Part shown: piece after piece, positions 17,721 through 25,275 of the stretch | Layout: the number at the start of each line of letters is the position of its first letter | Numbering within the stretch: the stretch's first letter is position 1 | DNA from: a virus | Strand: one strand, 5' to 3' | UHGV virus genome: UHGV-0231053 | DNA: 39,868 nt | Notes under the pieces: model-generated | What the model was told of the DNA's origin: nothing | What the model saw: only the letters and a program-made list of their open reading frames with translations | The model's database searches: none | Made by a program: the position numbers and the translations under genes

Positions 17721-18659
17721 TTATTGGATCGACAGAGCATCTGTGAAAGTGCCTAACGCATATCTGATGTTCTCCGCCGTTGCAAGGCCGAATGGGTTTT
17801 CAGAAGAAACGGCCCGTTTGAAAAATGACAACAGTTGTTCGAGCGAAAGCCCCATACGTTGTCCTTTTTCCTCCAAGTGCTTTGCCATATAATAGTCCTG
17901 CACAGTTGCGCTATCACCTAACAGTGTATCAACTCGCCTTGTCCACATGAAAAAGGCAAGGCAATAACAAGCTAAGGATTTTTCATATTCTCCAATGCTC
18001 TGTAGAAATGTAGAAGCATTTGAAAGGACTACCGGATATTTTGCCCTATCGTTTTCCCGATAGCAGGTTTTCATATCCTCTTCCAGCAGACTCTTTATCA
18101 GATCTTCAGGAGGATCGTTCGGATTTTGGCTTTTCTTTTTAATAAGACGGTAGTGGGAGAAACCCAAGCTGTACCGCTTATTTAGATCAAAAATTTCATA
18201 GGGGACTAGAGCAGACTTTCCCTTTTCTGTAAGCTCGTATTTTCCTACAGGAAAAATCGATTCCAGTTCCTCGATCGGGACATTGTTTAAGAGCCGCTGT
18301 ACCAATTCTCCTTTTTTCCCAGTTGTTTTTAGATCGTGTTCTGCCAAAACGGCCTTTAGATCGGGAATCGTTTTCAAGGAGATGTTGGTTTCTATATCGG
18401 ATATTTCCAAGTACCCTCCATCCAAAAGGCGATGGAGAGCAGGTGACACGTTTCTTCCAAATTCGCTCTGACTATAATACGGTGGTATTTCATAGTCAGT
18501 CTGTTTCTTGGTCCAAAATCGAAGCGCCTCAGAATCTAAGTATGATATTTCAGCACCAACAGGACGATCATCATTTTGCCTCAGCATAGGAGGGGGATCG
18601 TCTCTAGCTGGCGGACTCTCCATCTCACGGTTTCTTCTCAAAAAGTCCAGTAAACCCAT
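17721..18659 (-). CDS. SAP-domain-containing accessory protein
   Basis: KTIPDLKAVLAEHDLKTTGKKGELVQRLL SAP motif; AT-rich; helical C-terminus. Confidence 0.7.
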   Translation of the reverse strand: MGLLDFLRRNREMESPPARDDPPPMLRQNDDRPVGAEISYLDSEALRFWTKKQTDYEIPPYYSQSEFGRNVSPALHRLLDGGYLEISDIETNISLKTIPDLKAVLAEHDLKTTGKKGELVQRLLNNVPIEELESIFPVGKYELTEKGKSALVPYEIFDLNKRYSLGFSHYRLIKKKSQNPNDPPEDLIKSLLEEDMKTCYRENDRAKYPVVLSNASTFLQSIGEYEKSLACYCLAFFMWTRRVDTLLGDSATVQDYYMAKHLEEKGQRMGLSLEQLLSFFKRAVSSENPFGLATAENIRYALGTFTDALSIQ

Positions 18660-19012
18660 CAGAACATCCTCTGAATAATCGCCTTATAAATTTTGTCATC
18701 GATCTCCAACAGGGAACGCTTTCCATCCTTGAACATGACCGCCAGAGTGATGGTGCCTTTACTCTTAGCTGACAGACTGCTGGCCAGCATCCCGACAGGC
18801 CCCAGCAAGGCGCCGCCGACAATTCCGCGGGCTACGCCGGAAGCTGCGCTTTTGCTGGTTTCCTCGGTAATGACCTCGTAGGAGTCAATGGCGGCTTTAT
18901 CCAGAAATACGTTTTCACTCCAACGGCTGCTGACCATGATCTGCGGTTGTCCGCCCAAGTTGCCGACCGGCTTTCCCATATAGTCACCGGCTATTACCAT
19001 GTTTTTTGCCAT
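18659..19012 (-). CDS. Hypothetical protein with a glycine-zipper-like segment
   Basis: GVARGIVGGALLGPVGML; GAGGGG RBS; coupled to the downstream gene. Confidence 0.7.
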   Translation of the reverse strand: MAKNMVIAGDYMGKPVGNLGGQPQIMVSSRWSENVFLDKAAIDSYEVITEETSKSAASGVARGIVGGALLGPVGMLASSLSAKSKGTITLAVMFKDGKRSLLEIDDKIYKAIIQRMF

Positions 19013-19113
19013 TATGGTTCCCCCTCTGCAATTTATAATGGAATTGTAATAAGTAAGTACAAGATGTAGGTCAACACCAAAATATAGAAAAGTATATTAG
19101 CAATTTTCTCCAA

Positions 19114-19142
19114 TTGATTATAAGAATAAGTAATGCTATACT
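19114..19142 (+). promoter_or_regulatory. Sigma-A promoter of the ImmA-like gene
   Basis: TTGATT-17 nt-TATACT with extended TG. Confidence 0.7.
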
Positions 19143-19152
19143 AGAAATCACT

Positions 19153-19166
19153 GAAACAAATGTTCG
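19153..19166 (+). promoter_or_regulatory. Putative LexA (Gram-positive SOS) box
   Basis: GAAAC-AAAT-GTTCG versus consensus CGAAC-N4-GTTCG, just downstream of the promoter. Confidence 0.6.
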
Positions 19167-19184
19167 ATATTGGGAGAATACAAA

Positions 19185-19802
19185 ATGACTGCATGGAATG
19201 TCTTACTCAAATGCGGAATTTGTGAATTGCCAGTTGATTTGAGAAAGGTTTGCAAAGGACTTGGAATTGGCCTTTTTTCATACAGTCAGGGGTATTCTAT
19301 TATCCAAAAACTTGGACTTGTTCATCATACTATTGGAGCCGATGGTTTTTTGTTCCAAACAGATGGCGTATCAATTGCCTTTTATAACCAACAACAACCG
19401 TTAGCTCGCCGAAATTTCACCATTGCACATGAAATCGGGCACTTTGCTCTGGGCCATGCGTGCATAGAAGGCGCAGTCAGGCGTGAACCGGGAAACAAAA
19501 ATGATCCCGAAGAAAAGGAAGCGAATCTTTTCAGTTCTATGTTATTGGCACCTACTTGTGTTTTGCGCGGGATGAAGGTTGATAGTGCCTATTCTATTGA
19601 GAATTTATGTGCAATCAGTTATCAGGCAGCAAATATTAGTTGGGATAAGCTGCAACGGCTTTGCGCTCTAGATGATGCATATATGGCCGAACGTGGATAT
19701 TCTTACTTTTTTAGATCGTCAACCGAGTGGAAAGTCTACAAGCAGTTTGAGCCATTTATTAGAAATCATCTAGCGAACCATCAAATATCTCTTCGTCGTT
19801 GA
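19185..19802 (+). CDS. ImmA/IrrE family zinc metalloprotease (anti-repressor)
   Basis: RRNFTIAHEIGH (HExxH) and EKEANLFSSMLLAP. Confidence 0.9.
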   Translation: MTAWNVLLKCGICELPVDLRKVCKGLGIGLFSYSQGYSIIQKLGLVHHTIGADGFLFQTDGVSIAFYNQQQPLARRNFTIAHEIGHFALGHACIEGAVRREPGNKNDPEEKEANLFSSMLLAPTCVLRGMKVDSAYSIENLCAISYQAANISWDKLQRLCALDDAYMAERGYSYFFRSSTEWKVYKQFEPFIRNHLANHQISLRR

Positions 19803-20133
19803 CAAATGGCATAACATCAATGACTTTTCTGATTGCATCCATTTGATCTTTTGTATAAGTCCGTTTAATTTTCTTGCCATCTCGCCCAATAATAATGGCT
19901 TCTTCAAGCTCGTCTCCAGGTGTGGAGACGGGCTTTCTTTTTTTCTCTCCAGTTAACTCTTCTACAGATACTCCAAAATAAACAGATAGTCTCTGGAGCA
20001 CAGTGTCTCGTGGCTTCGCCCCGTTTTTCCATCCTGTTACAGTACCAGAAGATTTTACTCCGACTTCTGCAGCAACGACATTCGGTGCTTTTCCTATTTT
20101 GTCACACAAAGCGACATATCTACTCCAAAACAT
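19759..20133 (-). CDS. CI/ImmR-like XRE HTH repressor
   Basis: VAAEVGV..TVTGWKNG..LSVYFGVSVEEL HTH; divergent from cro; no S24 autoprotease domain. Confidence 0.85.
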   Translation of the reverse strand: MFWSRYVALCDKIGKAPNVVAAEVGVKSSGTVTGWKNGAKPRDTVLQRLSVYFGVSVEELTGEKKRKPVSTPGDELEEAIIIGRDGKKIKRTYTKDQMDAIRKVIDVMPFVNDEEIFDGSLDDF

Positions 20134-20193
20134 AAAAATCTCCTACCGAAAATTGTACATTACCACAAAACTAACAAAACTAATAAAATAAAC

Positions 20194-20222
20194 TTTACAA
20201 ACTAATAAAAATGAGATACAAT
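20194..20222 (+). promoter_or_regulatory. Rightward (lytic) promoter with a candidate operator in the spacer
   Basis: TTTACA-17 nt-TACAAT; CTAATAAAAATGAG at 20202-20215. Confidence 0.65.
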
Positions 20223-20297
20223 AATCTGGAAGACAAAAGAGCACAAACAACCGGCCACCCGCCGGGCGGCTTTTATCAATGTATTGCTGACACTTAC

Positions 20298-20326
20298 ATA
20301 ATAAATGTCGCAGCTCACTTTGTCAA
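20298..20326 (-). promoter_or_regulatory. Leftward (lysogenic) promoter
   Basis: Minus strand TTGACA-17 nt-TATTAT. Confidence 0.7.
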
Positions 20327-20364
20327 TGATTAAAACTAATATTTTTAAGAAATGGAGGGAGAAA

Positions 20365-20559
20365 ATGAGTTTTCTGACTGCGAGAAAAAACGCTGGACTT
20401 ACTCAAAAAGAAGTCGCAGATCAGATTGGAGTAGATCAGACAGCGGTTTCTTTTTGGGAGAATGGGAAGACGCTCCCGCGTGCGTCACTACTTTCAAAAA
20501 TTGCGATGATCTATGGCGTGACGGTGGACGAGCTTCTTTCAGATCGGGGAGAAGGGTGA
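20365..20559 (+). CDS. Cro-like XRE HTH regulator
   Basis: ARKNAGLTQKEVADQIGVDQTAVSFWENG; GGAGGGAG RBS. Confidence 0.9.
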   Translation: MSFLTARKNAGLTQKEVADQIGVDQTAVSFWENGKTLPRASLLSKIAMIYGVTVDELLSDRGEG

Positions 20560-20565
20560 GGGGAG

Positions 20566-20733
20566 GTGAGAGGGCTGGATAGCAAAAAGAAAAGCGCCGA
20601 ACAAGCGGCGCTCGGGGACGATCTTGACCGGAAAATTAGACGGTTTGACCGCCGGACAATAGAAATACTGGTCAGCGCACTTGTAAGCTTACTGACCAGT
20701 ACATTTGTCCTTAGTTGCGCCGGGATCATTTGA
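20566..20733 (+). CDS. Small membrane protein
   Basis: Manual translation ending EILVSALVSLLTSTFVLSCAGII*; GGAGGTG RBS; start uncertain. Confidence 0.5.
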   Translation: MRGLDSKKKSAEQAALGDDLDRKIRRFDRRTIEILVSALVSLLTSTFVLSCAGII

Positions 20734-21076
20734 AAAAGCCATTTACCCAGAGTGAAACAAGAGCGGTCAGGGCGGAAACAATGACCGGAACAACAACGCT
20801 TGTGAACAGGAACCGTTTGATTTCGGCGTTCCGGTGTTCTTTGTAGTGCCGCCCTTTATGGGTGAGTTTTACATGGAGCAGCGGCCCGCTTTCGGAAATG
20901 ATCTCGATAAATCCATCATCTTCCAGAAGGTGCAGACATCCTAATAAATCCTCTGTTTGAATGCGGTTATGGAGATAGACGCCAATATCGAGGGTTGTCG
21001 TTTCTTCCGCAGTTTGACAGAGAAAATTGACTGATTTCAATATTTTTTCGCATTTTCCGTACAACATGCGCTTCAC
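20726..21076 (-). CDS. Hypothetical protein with a C-terminal TM helix (moron-like)
   Basis: AAGGAG RBS, own promoter, winged-helix-like LTHKG motif then a TM segment. Confidence 0.7.
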   Translation of the reverse strand: MKRMLYGKCEKILKSVNFLCQTAEETTTLDIGVYLHNRIQTEDLLGCLHLLEDDGFIEIISESGPLLHVKLTHKGRHYKEHRNAEIKRFLFTSVVVPVIVSALTALVSLWVNGFFK

Positions 21077-21088
21077 TCCTTTGATGGC

Positions 21089-21117
21089 ATTATACCATGA
21101 GGAATTGACACGGTAAA
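21089..21117 (-). promoter_or_regulatory. Promoter for 20726..21076
   Basis: Minus strand TTTACC-17 nt-TATAAT with extended TG. Confidence 0.65.
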
Positions 21118-21127
21118 GGAGGCCACC

Positions 21128-21295
21128 ATGTATCAGTTTGATTTTATTCGTGAACTACAGGAAGCCGCAGAGCAGACCGGGGTACACTTCGACCCGGCAG
21201 AGAGGACCGAGGAGGAGCTGGGGCAGCTCTATGAGCTGTTCTGCCAGGACGCGCGGGCCTATCTGGCGGAGTTTGCCGGGAAGTATTTGAAATGA
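21128..21295 (+). CDS. Small acidic hypothetical protein (55 aa)
   Basis: AAGGAGG RBS; MYQFDFIRELQEAAEQTGVHFDPAER... Confidence 0.7.
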   Translation: MYQFDFIRELQEAAEQTGVHFDPAERTEEELGQLYELFCQDARAYLAEFAGKYLK

Positions 21296-21355
21296 AAAAT
21301 CCCGCCTGACCGTTACCAGCAGTCAGACGGGAGCGGGGGATGGAAATAAACTCGC
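21296..21355 (-). ncRNA. Candidate ~60-nt antisense sRNA
   Basis: Minus promoter TTGATT-17-TACAAT (21390-21362) followed by a TCCCGTCTGACT/GGTCAGGCGGGA hairpin plus TTTTT. Confidence 0.5.
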
Positions 21356-21402
21356 AGTTTGATTGTACCATCCTCCAGAAGAAAAATCAATAGGAGGAAC
21401 TT

Positions 21403-21657
21403 ATGCCAAGAACAAAATTAGACCGGTTTTCACAGAAGCCGGAGACATACCGAAAGGCCGTCAAAAAATGTATTCAGGCGGCCATGCTGCGGGAAGATGT
21501 CCCCATGTTTAAATCTCTGGCAGACGATATGAACATGAACCCGCGGCAGCTGCGTGACCGGATCAACAAAATCGGGTTCCGGGATTACGAGTTGGTGAAG
21601 CTCGACAGAATCTTGAAATTCACGGATAAGGAGCGGGAGACGATATGGGGACGGTAA
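21403..21657 (+). CDS. Hypothetical, HTH-like early protein
   Basis: AGGAGG RBS; SLADDMNMNPRQLRDRI. Confidence 0.7.
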   Translation: MPRTKLDRFSQKPETYRKAVKKCIQAAMLREDVPMFKSLADDMNMNPRQLRDRINKIGFRDYELVKLDRILKFTDKERETIWGR

Positions 21658-21731
21658 TCACGATCATCGGCACGGCCACGGTGGCTGGATGGTTTATGCG
21701 TCTGCTGGCCCGATTGGAGGGCAAGCGATGA
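21645..21731 (+). CDS. Very small membrane peptide (28 aa)
   Basis: MGTVITIIGTATVAGWFMRLLARLEGKR*; ATGA-coupled to the next gene. Confidence 0.45.
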   Translation: MGTVITIIGTATVAGWFMRLLARLEGKR

Positions 21732-22318
21732 AGAAACTGACCCGTGAAGAGCGGCGGCGCCGGAGCCAGAGGCGGTTGCAGCTGATTACATACCTCCTGT
21801 TCCTATTGTTTCTGCTGGCGTGGCTGCTGCCTTACATGGTGATGACCGTTGAAGCCGAACCGGCAGCCCAGTACAAAGCAGAAATTGCAAGAGACAATGG
21901 CAGTCTCCTCGGCGACGATACCCCGGCAATTTCTCGCTGTTATCTCACCGAAGCGGAGCAGGAGGCCGCCGAGAACGAGCTGATCGAAGCCGCTTTGCTG
22001 GCCCGGTCTCACAAGTTGGAAGATGCCATCATCACCTTTTATTGTTGCGAGGAACGGCCTCACATCTGCGGGACTGGGACAGGCATCACCGCCAGCGGAC
22101 GGCGCGTGACTCCGTATGTGAGCTGCGCCGTGGACCCTGATATTATACCGCTGGGCAGCACCATCATGATCGAGTACAACGGCGAGATGGTTTATCTGAG
22201 AGCCGATGATACCGGTCCGGCAGTCAAGGGGGACCATATTGACATTGCGGTCAAGGAGCACCAGGAAGCCTTATCACTGGGAGTAAAAACGGCGGATATC
22301 TGGTGGTGCGAAGAATGA
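21728..22318 (+). CDS. Membrane-anchored 3D-domain protein
   Basis: N-terminal TM helix; TASG..AVDPDIIPLGS..ADDTG..HIDI 3D motif. Confidence 0.85.
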   Translation: MKKLTREERRRRSQRRLQLITYLLFLLFLLAWLLPYMVMTVEAEPAAQYKAEIARDNGSLLGDDTPAISRCYLTEAEQEAAENELIEAALLARSHKLEDAIITFYCCEERPHICGTGTGITASGRRVTPYVSCAVDPDIIPLGSTIMIEYNGEMVYLRADDTGPAVKGDHIDIAVKEHQEALSLGVKTADIWWCEE

Positions 22319-22509
22319 ACGCACATGCGAAACGCCCAAGAGGCGAGTTAGGTCCCTGCCCAAGATGTGGCCTGTATTCCGACCAGCGATTGGCAATCGA
22401 GGGCAACCCGGATATGTTCCTGGTGGCCTGCGACGCCTGCGGATGGCGAACTCGGAAATTTACTGATATAAATCACGCGGTGAGAGCTTGGAATGAAGGG
22501 AGAACATGA
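22315..22509 (+). CDS. Lar-family zinc-ribbon protein
   Basis: PCPRCG..CDACG..AVRAWN. Confidence 0.75.
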   Translation: MNAHAKRPRGELGPCPRCGLYSDQRLAIEGNPDMFLVACDACGWRTRKFTDINHAVRAWNEGRT

Positions 22510-22510
22510 C

Positions 22511-22996
22511 ATGACACTTTACGAGATCGATAAGGCCATTACTGATCTGGCAGACCCGGAGACTGGAGAGATCACCGACTTTGAGGCGCTGGACAATCTC
22601 CAAATGGCGCGGGACCAGAAGATCGAGAACATCGCCTGTTACTACAAGAACTTGGTTTCCGATGCGGAAGCCATCAAAGCGGAGAAGGAGGCCCTGGCGG
22701 AGCGGCAGAAAGTGGCAGAGAACAAGGCGGCGCGGCTCAAGGAGTATCTCTCTTACGCGCTACACGGGGAGAAGTTCTCCACGCCGAAATGCGCGGTGAC
22801 GTTCCGAAAGACCACTTCCGTAAATGTGGACAACCCTTCCGCCGCCATCGAGTGGGCGGAGCTGAACGGGCATAAGGAGTGCATCCGGTACAAAGCCCCG
22901 GAAATCAGCAAGAGCGAGCTGGGCAAGGTCCTAAAGGCTGGGCAGGAAGTGCCTGGGGCTGTCTTGGTTGAAGGGATTTCTGTGGGGGTGAAGTGA
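22511..22996 (+). CDS. Siphovirus Gp157 family protein
   Basis: MTLYEID..KIENIA..LKEYL..LKAGQEVPGAVL. Confidence 0.85.
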   Translation: MTLYEIDKAITDLADPETGEITDFEALDNLQMARDQKIENIACYYKNLVSDAEAIKAEKEALAERQKVAENKAARLKEYLSYALHGEKFSTPKCAVTFRKTTSVNVDNPSAAIEWAELNGHKECIRYKAPEISKSELGKVLKAGQEVPGAVLVEGISVGVK

Positions 22997-23601
22997 TGAA
23001 CCTTGACATTTACAACAATGTCCGGGCCGTCCCCGCAGAGGCCAAGAAGGAGATCAGAGGTGGGCGGCTGAACGGAAAGACCGATATCAACCCTATGTGG
23101 CGCATCAAGAAGCTGACGGAGCAATTCGGCCCATGTGGCATTGGCTGGAAATACACCATTGACCGGGAGTGGCTGGAGACCGGGGCCAACGGGGAAATCT
23201 CCGCATTCATGGACATCTCACTGTACTACAAATACAACGGCGAGTGGTCCGAGGCAGTTCCCGGTACCGGCGGCAGCGCCTTTATCACAAAAGAGAAGAG
23301 CGGTCTGTACACCTCTGACGAGTGCTACAAGATGGCCTTGACGGATGCCCTCTCCGTGGCCTGCAAGGCCCTTGGGATCGCCGCTGACGTGTACTGGGAC
23401 AAGGACAAGACGAAGTATGACAAGACCGATATTGCGGTGAAAGTCGATGTCACCACATGCGAGAAATGCGGGAAGGTCTTGGAAGCGTACAAGGACTCCA
23501 AAGGCGTCACGGTGTCGATCATGAAGCACGTGAACGCCAGCATGGAGAAGTTCGGGCACGTCTACTGCCTGGACTGTATTAAGGAGATGAACCATGATTG
23601 A
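22996..23601 (+). CDS. Sak/Rad52-like single-strand annealing protein
   Basis: INPMWRIKKLTEQFGPCGIGW..KMALTDALSVACKALGIAADVY. Confidence 0.8.
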   Translation: MNLDIYNNVRAVPAEAKKEIRGGRLNGKTDINPMWRIKKLTEQFGPCGIGWKYTIDREWLETGANGEISAFMDISLYYKYNGEWSEAVPGTGGSAFITKEKSGLYTSDECYKMALTDALSVACKALGIAADVYWDKDKTKYDKTDIAVKVDVTTCEKCGKVLEAYKDSKGVTVSIMKHVNASMEKFGHVYCLDCIKEMNHD

Positions 23602-23932
23602 TTTGATCTCCGAGATCAGCCAGAAAAGCAAGCTGTTGGACGCCGCCGTGCAGGAGCTTGGGAAGCGCGGACGCTCCTATGCCCAGTCTGAACAGGAATA
23701 CCGGATCGCTCTGGCAAAGAGAATTTTGGATGAACGGTCCAAAGGTACGCCGGTAACGATCATCTCCGACATCTGCCGTGGAGATCGGGAGATCGCAAAG
23801 CTGCGGTTTGAACGGGACTGCGCAGAGGTCGTTTACAAATCCGCCCTTGAAGCAATCAATGCCATGAAGCTGCAGCTTCGAATGCTGGATGCACAGGTGG
23901 AAAGGGAGTGGGGACATGCGGGCAGAGACTAA
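23594..23932 (+). CDS. Hypothetical coiled-coil protein
   Basis: AAGGAG RBS; 112 aa; in the recombination cluster. Confidence 0.7.
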   Translation: MIDLISEISQKSKLLDAAVQELGKRGRSYAQSEQEYRIALAKRILDERSKGTPVTIISDICRGDREIAKLRFERDCAEVVYKSALEAINAMKLQLRMLDAQVEREWGHAGRD

Positions 23933-24257
23933 GGCAACATCTATTCCTCCGGAAGTCAAGAAAGCCGTGTACATCCGAGACAATGGCTTCTGTGTGCTGT
24001 GCGGCTCTCCATATGGTGATCCGGTGGCCCATGTGGTCCGCCGGAGCCAGGGAGGAAAGGGGATCGAGAGAAATATCGTGACCCTCTGCCCGGCCTGTCA
24101 CAGAGCCTATGACGAGGGCGCGAACATCCAGAGGCTAGGACGAGGCACCACAAGAGAAAGCCTGTACTGCTATCTGGTGGCGTATCTGAAAGGATTTTAC
24201 CCGGACTGGAACCGGGAGGATATGATCTATCACAAAGGAGTCGAAAATGCTGAATAA
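23916..24257 (+). CDS. HNH-like nuclease
   Basis: RDNGFCVLCG..AHVVRRSQGG..NIVTLCPACH. Confidence 0.75.
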   Translation: MRAETKATSIPPEVKKAVYIRDNGFCVLCGSPYGDPVAHVVRRSQGGKGIERNIVTLCPACHRAYDEGANIQRLGRGTTRESLYCYLVAYLKGFYPDWNREDMIYHKGVENAE

Positions 24258-24642
24258 ATGCTTTTTGCTGGGCCGGATGACGAAAGACCCGGAAATCAGA
24301 CGGACAAACGGTGGGACGGCTGTCACATCCTTTACACTGGCCGTAGACCGGGATTTCAAGACCAACGGGGAGAAGGAGACGGACTTCATTGAAGTGGTTG
24401 CGTGGCGCAACACGGCAGAGTTTGTCTCAAAATACTTCTCCAAGGGCCGTATGGCGATTGTAGAGGGACGGTTACAGATCAGAGAGTGGACGGACAAGAG
24501 TGGGAACAAGCGCCGTACAGCGGAGGTTGTGGCCGACAACGTGTACTTCGGAGACTCCAAGAAGGAGAATAAGGAAGCGCCGGAATACAAGCAGGCTGAT
24601 TTTGCGGAAATCTCGGAGGAAGACGGCGAGCTGCCGTTTTGA
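24247..24642 (+). CDS. ssb: Single-stranded DNA-binding protein
   Basis: LLGRMTKDPE..FTLAVDR..EGRLQ; acidic tail ending ELPF. Confidence 0.95.
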   Translation: MLNKCFLLGRMTKDPEIRRTNGGTAVTSFTLAVDRDFKTNGEKETDFIEVVAWRNTAEFVSKYFSKGRMAIVEGRLQIREWTDKSGNKRRTAEVVADNVYFGDSKKENKEAPEYKQADFAEISEEDGELPF

Positions 24643-24651
24643 GGTGACACG

Positions 24652-25275
24652 ATGGCCAGAAACTATGCTGCACTCCCATGGGAATACAAAAGGGAGATGT
24701 CTGCACTCAACGATGCAGAGTTCGGTCGGCTGTGCAGGGCTTTGCTGGAATACAGCGAGTCAGGGACGCCGATAGCACTTTGTGGCAATGAGCGGTTTTT
24801 TGCCGAACGTGTCATGATGCAGGAGGACCGTTTTAAGGAGTCCTATACCACAAAGGCGGAGAAAAACAGGGAAAATGGGGTTAAGGGCGGGAGGCCTAAG
24901 AAAACCGAAAAAAACCCAAAGAAACCCAACTTAACCCAAAAAACCGAAACCGAAACCGAAACCGATACTATCTCTCCTAACAGAGAGAATAAATCCCCCC
25001 TATCGTCCCCCCAGGGGGAACGGTTTGACAGGTTTTGGGCTTTGTACCCAAACAAAACCGGGAAAAAGAAAGCCAGGGAGTCTTGGGAGAAACTGAAACC
25101 GTCAGAAGAGCTGACAGAAACCATTTTGGATGCCGTTTCCAAACAGAAGCTATGGCCAAAGTGGCAGAAAGACGGAGGACAATATATCCCAAATCCCGCC
25201 ACTTGGCTAAACCAGGGGAGATGGGAAGATGAACCACCCGAAGGAGGAGAAGATCCATTTGCCAAGTTTACCTGA
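24652..25275 (+). CDS. Phage replication initiator (replisome organiser)
   Basis: NGVKGGRPKK, ETETET linker, FDRFWALYP..YIPNPATWLNQGRWED. Confidence 0.82.
   Translation: MARNYAALPWEYKREMSALNDAEFGRLCRALLEYSESGTPIALCGNERFFAERVMMQEDRFKESYTTKAEKNRENGVKGGRPKKTEKNPKKPNLTQKTETETETDTISPNRENKSPLSSPQGERFDRFWALYPNKTGKKKARESWEKLKPSEELTETILDAVSKQKLWPKWQKDGGQYIPNPATWLNQGRWEDEPPEGGEDPFAKFT
24901..24965 (+). repeat. Iteron-like AAACC(C/G) repeats; putative replication origin
   Basis: AAAACCGAAA AAAACCCAAA GAAACCCAAC TTAACCCAAA AAACCGAAACCGAAACCGAAACCG within the initiator gene. Confidence 0.55.
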
